Below are positions 57,907 to 64,000 of a DNA stretch of 64,000 bases, one piece after another. The translations under genes and the position numbers were made by a program. The stretch is from an uncultured SAR86 cluster bacterium (GTDB lineage Bacteria; Pseudomonadota; Gammaproteobacteria; Magnimaribacterales; D2472), in assembly GCA_902538705.1 (NCBI GenBank), contig CACBGD010000002.1:15602-79601 (forward strand). Reading direction: 5' to 3'. The number at the start of each line of letters is the position of its first letter. Position 1 is the first letter of the stretch. The notes beneath the pieces are model-generated. The model was not told the origin of the DNA, ran no database searches, and saw only the letters and a list, made by a program, of their open reading frames with translations.

Positions 57907-58269
57907 TTAATTCTTTTTTAAAAAACCCTTAGTTTCATATATAACTTGAGAGTTATCTTTTTTGGTTATTTCTATTTGATATTCAATATAAGATTTCATT
58001 GGGGCTTCATTAAATGTTTCTTTCCACTCCCACTCATCCCCGTAAAACACCAAGGAACCACTTCTATTTTTTTGATTAAATGGTTTTTCTAGCGTATTAA
58101 TTAAAGAAATCCTATTATTAGCTATCTCTCTGGCAATTACTCTATTTTCTAAAGAGAAGATTGATAGGGTTGTTGAACTCAATGTTTGATAAACCGACAT
58201 TACAGCGACGCTTAGTATTAAAAGCGAAACGGAAACCTCTATTAAGCTAAAGCCTCTTTTAAAATTCAT
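57907..58269 (-). CDS. gspI: Type II secretion minor pseudopilin I
   Basis: RG/FSLIEV, LENRVIA..IANN. Confidence 0.88.
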   Translation of the reverse strand: MNFKRGFSLIEVSVSLLILSVAVMSVYQTLSSTTLSIFSLENRVIAREIANNRISLINTLEKPFNQKNRSGSLVFYGDEWEWKETFNEAPMKSYIEYQIEITKKDNSQVIYETKGFLKKN

Positions 58270-58759
58270 CGATTCTTAAGAATTCTCCTCCATGAGTAAG
58301 AACAAAATTATATTTCTGATTATTGTTGTAAAAAGTGAATTTTGCTCCTGTTGTTTCGCCAGATGGATAGAATAGGATATAAGGTAAATCTAAATCATCA
58401 TTAGATAACTTGAATTTAAGACCATCGCTTGTCTCTATTTCTTTTTCAAATTCAATAAATTCATTCCAGGTATAGCTATATATAGGTTTCGAGATTATTT
58501 CAGTATCTTCATTAGCTATTTCATAAACAGCCTGTTCATTTGTATTTGCATACCATCCTAAAACTTTTCCGCGAATTATGCTTTCTTGGGAAATTTCAGA
58601 AAAACTTTCTTCTAAAGTCCTAGGCGAGTTACTAACATTAATAATATTGGTATTTAAAAGAAGTATTGATGACATTATGCCAATAATGACAATTACAATA
58701 AGTAATTCTATTAATGTAAATCCTGGTTTTTTATTTAAGCCAATTACCGAGGTCTGCAT
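58259..58759 (-). CDS. gspH: Type II secretion minor pseudopilin H
   Basis: Start at ATG 58759 (MQTSVIG...PG/FTLIELL) overlapping the gspG end; ILFYPSGETT. Confidence 0.85.
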   Translation of the reverse strand: MQTSVIGLNKKPGFTLIELLIVIVIIGIMSSILLLNTNIINVSNSPRTLEESFSEISQESIIRGKVLGWYANTNEQAVYEIANEDTEIISKPIYSYTWNEFIEFEKEIETSDGLKFKLSNDDLDLPYILFYPSGETTGAKFTFYNNNQKYNFVLTHGGEFLRIDEF

Positions 58760-59150
58760 TTTCACCTGTACCTCCCTCCACTCCATCAGCACCTAAAGTG
58801 TAGACATCATAGGATGAGTTTTTTAAGCCAGGATACAGATAAAGATATTCTCTGCCCCATGGATCTTGAGGAAAAGACTTAATGTATCCTCCTTCAGGAT
58901 AGAGTGATGGTCGTTTAAGGTCTGACGGAGGAGCAACTAATGACTGTATTCCTTGATCTGTAGTGGGATAAGTTAGCTCATTAAATTTATATAGTTCCAG
59001 CGCTTTCTCAATTTGTGAAATATCTGCCCTTACTTTTTCTAAGTTCGCTCTTTGAAGAAAAGGAGATACATTAACTGCAACAACTGTTGCTAATATTCCA
59101 AGTATCACAATCACTGCCATGAGCTCAATTAGCGTAAATCCTTTTTTCAT
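58731..59150 (-). CDS. gspG: Type II secretion major pseudopilin G
   Basis: KG/FTLIELM, YPTTDQG, DPWG, GADGVEGG.GENADLGNW. Confidence 0.96.
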   Translation of the reverse strand: MKKGFTLIELMAVIVILGILATVVAVNVSPFLQRANLEKVRADISQIEKALELYKFNELTYPTTDQGIQSLVAPPSDLKRPSLYPEGGYIKSFPQDPWGREYLYLYPGLKNSSYDVYTLGADGVEGGTGENADLGNWLK

Positions 59151-59152
59151 AA

Positions 59153-60346
59153 TTAATTTAATATTAGTGTGTTCATTTGCATTATAGGAATAAGTATAGC
59201 CATAACAATTAAAAGAATAAATCCGCCCATAATAATAATGATTAATGGCTCTATGAGAGATAAAACAGTTGATCGTGTTGTTTCAATCTCAGATTTCATA
59301 AAATTAGAAGCTTTTTTGAACATAGGTGCAAGATTACCAGACCTGTAACCACTCGAAATAAGTTGGTTAAAGATATCTGGGAATATTTGTTCGCGCGTTA
59401 GAGCGCGTGAAAAATCAGACCCTTCTTTAACTGACTTTATTATTTTGTTCAGGCGATCTTTAAGATAAGCATTATTCAAAACTTGAGATGTTTCTTGAAG
59501 TGCATCATCTAGAACTATCCCTGATGACATCAACAAGTACATAGTACTACTGAATCTTTCAGTCTCAGATTTTAATAAGAATCCCCCAAAAATTGGAATT
59601 TTAAGAAACATTCTATGAATATTTATTGCCTTTTCAGTAGTTAGCAACTTCTTATAATAAAAAAAAGAAGCACCTAATATCAATAAAATAGATGGGATTA
59701 TATAAATCATATTAGAAGATAGATTCATTAATATTGATGTTAGCATGGGCAGATCAACGCCTGATTTAACGAATTGATTTACAACCTGAGGCATAACAAA
59801 AGTTAGTAACGAAATTACTACTATTATTGAAAAAGAAAAAAGAATAAATGGATATGTTAAAGCAGTCCGAACCTTTTGATTAATAGATAAACTTTCTTCA
59901 AGATAATCGGATAAAGATTTAAACATCTCAATAAGTCTTCCTGAAGTATCGCCAGCTTTAATTAATGATATATATGTATTATCAAAAACCTGAGGGTAAG
60001 CCTCCATTGCATCCCCTAGCCTTTTGCCCTGAATTATTTCATCTCTTAAATTAAATAATATATTCTTTAAATCTTTATTTTTAACTTGTTCACCAGTCAT
60101 CTTTAAAGCCTCATCAATTTGAGCAGCTGCCTCAAGGAGTGTGCCAATTTGTCTTGTAGCAAGAACCAAGTCTTTATTTTTGATCTTATATCTTTTGGTA
60201 GTTTGAGATTTTATTTTTTTAAGTTTGTGGGGTATTAGATTAAGACTTTTTATTTCTTTTCTTGCCGATCTTTCACTATCGGCATTTATAAATCCTGATT
60301 GAATTGAACCTTCAGAGTCAAAAGCCTTATAGCTATACGAAGGCAT
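59153..60346 (-). CDS. gspF: Type II secretion inner-membrane protein F
   Basis: TRQIGTLL, ALTYP, LIEPLIII.MGG. Confidence 0.94.
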   Translation of the reverse strand: MPSYSYKAFDSEGSIQSGFINADSERSARKEIKSLNLIPHKLKKIKSQTTKRYKIKNKDLVLATRQIGTLLEAAAQIDEALKMTGEQVKNKDLKNILFNLRDEIIQGKRLGDAMEAYPQVFDNTYISLIKAGDTSGRLIEMFKSLSDYLEESLSINQKVRTALTYPFILFSFSIIVVISLLTFVMPQVVNQFVKSGVDLPMLTSILMNLSSNMIYIIPSILLILGASFFYYKKLLTTEKAINIHRMFLKIPIFGGFLLKSETERFSSTMYLLMSSGIVLDDALQETSQVLNNAYLKDRLNKIIKSVKEGSDFSRALTREQIFPDIFNQLISSGYRSGNLAPMFKKASNFMKSEIETTRSTVLSLIEPLIIIIMGGFILLIVMAILIPIMQMNTLILN

Positions 60347-61838
60347 CTTCTTTTATATTGTTAGATCTAATTAGTTCATCGCAAGATGTTATACCTTCAA
60401 TAAGAAGATTCGAACACGAAGAATTTATTGAAGGAGTATTTTTAAACACATACTCATTAATCTCATTCTCTGACTTTTCATTATGAATCATGTCTTTTAT
60501 AGTTTTATCAACATTTACGCACTCTGCAACAGCAATCCTTCCTTTGTATCCTGTCCCATTACAATCATCGCATCCTACATGATCATAAACTTCAAGATTG
60601 TGCTTTAGACCAAATAAATCAGCTATATCTTTGTTTATAGTGGTTTTAACTTTGCAACTATCACATAACCTTCTCACAAGTCTTTGAGAAATTACTGTTT
60701 TTAAACTAGAAGATATTAAAAATGATTCTATTCCCATATCTCTGAGTCTAGTAATAGCACCAACAGCACTATTTGTATGCACAGTTGATAGCACAAGGTG
60801 GCCTGTTAAACTGGCCTGTATAGCAATTTGCGCTGTTTCTGTGTCTCTTATTTCCCCTACCATCACAACATCAGGGTCTTGCCTAAGCATTGCACGTAAT
60901 CCCGTAGCAAAAGAGTATCCAGTTTTTTGATTAACCTGCGTTTGGCCAATGCCTTTTAAGGTATATTCTATTGGATCCTCAACAGTGAGAATATTTTGAG
61001 ATGAATCACTTAGATCTCTAAGGCCTGCATAAAGAGTTGTAGTTTTTCCTGAGCCAGTTGGTCCGGTGACTAAGATAATACCTTCGGATTCACTTAAAGA
61101 CTTTTTATAAGTTGAAAGTATTATTTGTGGCAAACCAAGATCATTAATATTAATTTGTGCAGATTGTTTATCTAAGAGTCTTAACACAATTCTTTCTCCA
61201 TATGTAGATGGTAAAGTTGAAACACGAACATCAACATTTTTGTCTCCAAGAGATAACGAAACTCTTCCATCCTGTGGCAATCTCCTTTCAGATATATCAA
61301 GTTTGGAAATTACTTTTAGTCTGGCAATTATTAATGGTGTGAGCCTAGGATCTTGAGATATAACTTCCTGGAGTATTCCATCTATTCTGTATCTTACAGA
61401 TAAAGAGTCCTCATAAGGCTCAAAGTGGATATCTGATGCTCTTAACTTTATTGCCTGGCTTAAAATACCATTTATAAGCTTAATGATAGGTGCATCGTTG
61501 CTCCCACTTAACAGATCTTCTGTGGCTGTAATTGTTCCTGCAAAAGTTTTAAGATCAAAATTATCATTAAGTTCTTCTGAAAGTTCTGAGTTTTGAGAAA
61601 TTACAGAAAAGTTTGATGTTATAAGGTTATTTAGTTCCTCGCCATTGCAAATCTCTACTTCAAATGATTTACCTATATACCTTAATAGCTCCTGGTGTAT
61701 ATCAAAACTTAGTTCTGAAGTTGAATAGATTTTAATTTCACCATTATTATCTATTCCAAAGATATTATTCTGTTTTACGAAGTCGTAAGGAAGAATGCTT
61801 AATCTTTCAGCCTTAGCATCATTTGGTATATCAGACAT
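60333..61838 (-). CDS. gspE: Type II secretion ATPase E
   Basis: ASDIHFEP, RLPQDGR, GPTGSGKTTT, LRQDPD.VMVGEIRD, CxxC...CxxC. Confidence 0.96.
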   Translation of the reverse strand: MSDIPNDAKAERLSILPYDFVKQNNIFGIDNNGEIKIYSTSELSFDIHQELLRYIGKSFEVEICNGEELNNLITSNFSVISQNSELSEELNDNFDLKTFAGTITATEDLLSGSNDAPIIKLINGILSQAIKLRASDIHFEPYEDSLSVRYRIDGILQEVISQDPRLTPLIIARLKVISKLDISERRLPQDGRVSLSLGDKNVDVRVSTLPSTYGERIVLRLLDKQSAQININDLGLPQIILSTYKKSLSESEGIILVTGPTGSGKTTTLYAGLRDLSDSSQNILTVEDPIEYTLKGIGQTQVNQKTGYSFATGLRAMLRQDPDVVMVGEIRDTETAQIAIQASLTGHLVLSTVHTNSAVGAITRLRDMGIESFLISSSLKTVISQRLVRRLCDSCKVKTTINKDIADLFGLKHNLEVYDHVGCDDCNGTGYKGRIAVAECVNVDKTIKDMIHNEKSENEINEYVFKNTPSINSSCSNLLIEGITSCDELIRSNNIKEDAFV

Positions 61839-63686
61839 CTATTTATCTTTTGTGAGGTCGATTAATTTAGATTGTTGCTTGAGTAACTGTTCTGCTTTAA
61901 TAAAATTATATTTTTCTGTCGAAATCTGAGAAACCGATTCCGAGTCAACTAAAATCTTAGGTCTTAAAAAGACCATTAAATTCTTTTTAACTTTTGACTC
62001 ACTAGATGATTGAAATAATTTACCAAGAACTGGAATTGAGCCAAGGACAGGAACTCTCTGAATATCTTCCTGTATATCTTCATCAACCAAACCACCCAAA
62101 ACAATAATTTGATTGTTATCTACCAATACAGTCGTTTCTATTGTTCTTTTGTTTGTAATTAAATCAGTAGTCCCAGTCAAAGGGCCAGCAACTCCAGACA
62201 CTTCCTGCTTTATCTCTAGGATGACTGAATTTCCCTCATTAATTTGAGGCTTTACTGAAAGCTTTATACCAACCTCTTCTCTAGAGGTTGTCCTGAAGGG
62301 ATTTGTATTATTTGAACCTAAACTTTCACCTGTTGTAATAGGAATTTCCTGACCAATAACAGTAGAAGCTTCCTCATTATCCATTGCCAATAATGATGTT
62401 GTAGTTAAGATATTAGAATTCTTATCTGCATCTATAGCATTAATGATCGCTATCATGCTGTCATCATCTTCTGATATTCTACCAATACCTGCAATTATGC
62501 CCTGAGAGTTTAAAAGCGAATTAGCTGCAATATTTGAAAAATTAGCATTATCACCAGACTCAATCGCAGATCCTGTTAAACCAAGTAGATCAGGTCCTGT
62601 TCCATTCTGAAATCTAGTAATCCCAATAGGTATTTCTCCATCCTCTGCACCAGCAAAAATGGTTTCTACACCTAAGCTTCTTGCAGCTGTTTCTGAAAGC
62701 TCAACTACTATAGCTTCAACTAATACTTGAGCTCTTCTAATATCAAGTTTAGATATAAGATTTTTTATAGTTGCTATATTTGATTCATCGCTGGATACAA
62801 CAACAGAATTTGTTGGAGCATGATAAGTAACTATTGGTTTTTCTGATTCTGAAGAAATAAATCTTGAAGCTATAGAACTAACTATTCCAGCAACCTCTTC
62901 AGCATTAGCATATTTAAGATATATAACAGCAACTGAACCTTCACTAATTGCGTCAGCATCTAATTGCTGAAGTGTTTCTTTGATTATGCTTGTCGTAATT
63001 GAGTTGGCAGATACTATTACAGAATTTGATGCACTAAAAGAAATTGCAACAAAATTATTGATTGTAGGGTTATTTTGGGATTTTAACTTTTCAAGAATCC
63101 TTACTGCTTCAACTGATGACAGATTCTTTAGGTCAACAATGGTAACACTTGCAGTATTATCTTCATCTAACGATTGAACTACTTCCGTTATTCTTTCAAC
63201 ATTGCTTTTTCTATCTACGATAAGCAAAGAGTTAATTGATGCAATGCTTGAAACATTGGCTTGTCTTCCAGCGATTGGCTTTATAAGTGGTAAAAGCTCA
63301 ACTGAAGATCTATTTTTAAGCTCAATAACTCTTGTAATAAATTCTCCACCAGACTCTCCAGAGTTTTGATCTCTAGTTGCTTCATTTTCAGGGACAATCC
63401 TAACAAAATTTTCATCATTAAGGGCGCTAAAACCATTAACTTGTATCGTACGTAAATAAACATCCCAAACTTCATCAGAAGATAGTGATGAATTAGAAAA
63501 GATTGTGACTTTCCCCTTTACTCTTGGATCGAGAATAATAGTTTTCTTTGAAAAATTAGCTATATCTTGAGTTACTTTTTTAATATCGACATCTTCATAA
63601 TTAAGAATAAAAGTTTCCTGCGCTTGCACAACAAAAAAAGCGCATAATGTTGTCATTAATAAAGATTTTTTAAAAAAGCTATTCAT
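61839..63686 (-). CDS. gspD: Type II secretion secretin D
   Basis: ILDPRVKGKVT, LDIRRAQVLVEAIVVE, VGIKL.VKPQINEG, VPVLGSIPVLGKLF. Confidence 0.96.
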   Translation of the reverse strand: MNSFFKKSLLMTTLCAFFVVQAQETFILNYEDVDIKKVTQDIANFSKKTIILDPRVKGKVTIFSNSSLSSDEVWDVYLRTIQVNGFSALNDENFVRIVPENEATRDQNSGESGGEFITRVIELKNRSSVELLPLIKPIAGRQANVSSIASINSLLIVDRKSNVERITEVVQSLDEDNTASVTIVDLKNLSSVEAVRILEKLKSQNNPTINNFVAISFSASNSVIVSANSITTSIIKETLQQLDADAISEGSVAVIYLKYANAEEVAGIVSSIASRFISSESEKPIVTYHAPTNSVVVSSDESNIATIKNLISKLDIRRAQVLVEAIVVELSETAARSLGVETIFAGAEDGEIPIGITRFQNGTGPDLLGLTGSAIESGDNANFSNIAANSLLNSQGIIAGIGRISEDDDSMIAIINAIDADKNSNILTTTSLLAMDNEEASTVIGQEIPITTGESLGSNNTNPFRTTSREEVGIKLSVKPQINEGNSVILEIKQEVSGVAGPLTGTTDLITNKRTIETTVLVDNNQIIVLGGLVDEDIQEDIQRVPVLGSIPVLGKLFQSSSESKVKKNLMVFLRPKILVDSESVSQISTEKYNFIKAEQLLKQQSKLIDLTKDK

Positions 63687-64000
63687 TACTAAACCTATTA
63701 TTTATTGTAAATTTTTTACCTTGAAATTCAAAAATTATTACGCTTTTATCTACTTGTATTAATTTATATTTATTTTCTAATAACTCATTAATCTGAACTA
63801 CGTATTCTTTTCCTCCCTTTTTTACAATTACTGATGTATTCTCATCGCCTAGTCTTACAGCAGATAATTCATAGTTAAAGCTTGCTGGAGGTGTATTAGA
63901 GATATTACTTTGCATAGAAGTATTTTGAACATTTATAGGCCTAATTACAGAAAAATCCTCTATTTTATTAGAACTATTTAAAATTAAAGTGTTTACAAGA
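63679..64000 (-). CDS. gspC: Type II secretion protein C (3' part; ORF stays open to the window edge)
   Basis: The frame is open upstream of the track's ATG (…LVNTLILNSSNKIEDFSVIRPINVQNTSMQ…). HR-like beta domain; position before gspD; ends with no PDZ domain. Confidence 0.65.
   Translation of the reverse strand, partial: LVNTLILNSSNKIEDFSVIRPINVQNTSMQSNISNTPPASFNYELSAVRLGDENTSVIVKKGGKEYVVQINELLENKYKLIQVDKSVIIFEFQGKKFTINNRFSNE

Noticed and set aside
58760-58792. gspH start at 58792
   Set aside because: The ATG at 58759 gives the usual short gspG/gspH overlap and leader.
2108-63475. Numerous 60-130-aa antisense or alternate-frame ORFs in the track (e.g. 8171-8488, 10860-11252, 19147-19488, 49649-49996, 55726-56028)
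   Set aside because: They lie within well-supported genes, have no recognisable motifs, and show the Ser/Ile/Phe-rich composition typical of shadow ORFs.
1-64000. Defence systems, prophage, toxin-antitoxin modules, reverse transcriptases, riboswitches
   Set aside because: No ORF with such motifs; nearly every gene has a housekeeping, transport or hydrolase assignment, and no intergenic region matched a riboswitch I can recognise.

Overview
Very AT-rich (roughly one-third GC by eye), extremely gene-dense chromosomal segment of a streamlined marine gammaproteobacterium. SAR86-like is my inference from composition and gene content, not a database result. From left to right it carries: the Na+-NQR operon (nqrABCDE, partial nqrF) preceded by a long-form gap and a coupled acyl-CoA dehydrogenase pair; mfd, csiV-like and nfuA; a block of lipoprotein hydrolases (oligopeptidase B, a 2052-aa cadherin-repeat subtilase, a GH16 glucanase) with an amino-acid symporter; holB-tmk-mltG-fabF-acpP-fabG-fabD-rpmF-rluC/rne; nudC, nhaB, dusA, mlaA, apbC-like, metG, FNR, rnt, grxD, pdxJ; tRNA-Arg(ACG); an organic-phosphorus islet (acyltransferase, GDPD, MFS, HIT, DedA, beta-propeller phytase, TonB-dependent receptor with a canonical Pho-box promoter, TetR, PiT); and a type II secretion operon gspC(partial)-M. 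No mobile element, prophage or CRISPR array was seen. Most notable: (1) a candidate surface-tethered protein/glucan digestion module built around the giant cadherin-stalk protease; (2) repeated loss of structural Cys metal ligands in core enzymes (Cys-free RNase E lacking the Zn-link, HolB without its Zn module, ApbC without CxxC, degenerate NudC finger); (3) a Pho-box-driven TBDR-phytase operon in which a terminator-like hairpin is also the coding sequence of the phytase signal peptide; (4) a candidate sRNA and a 35-aa unannotated membrane protein.
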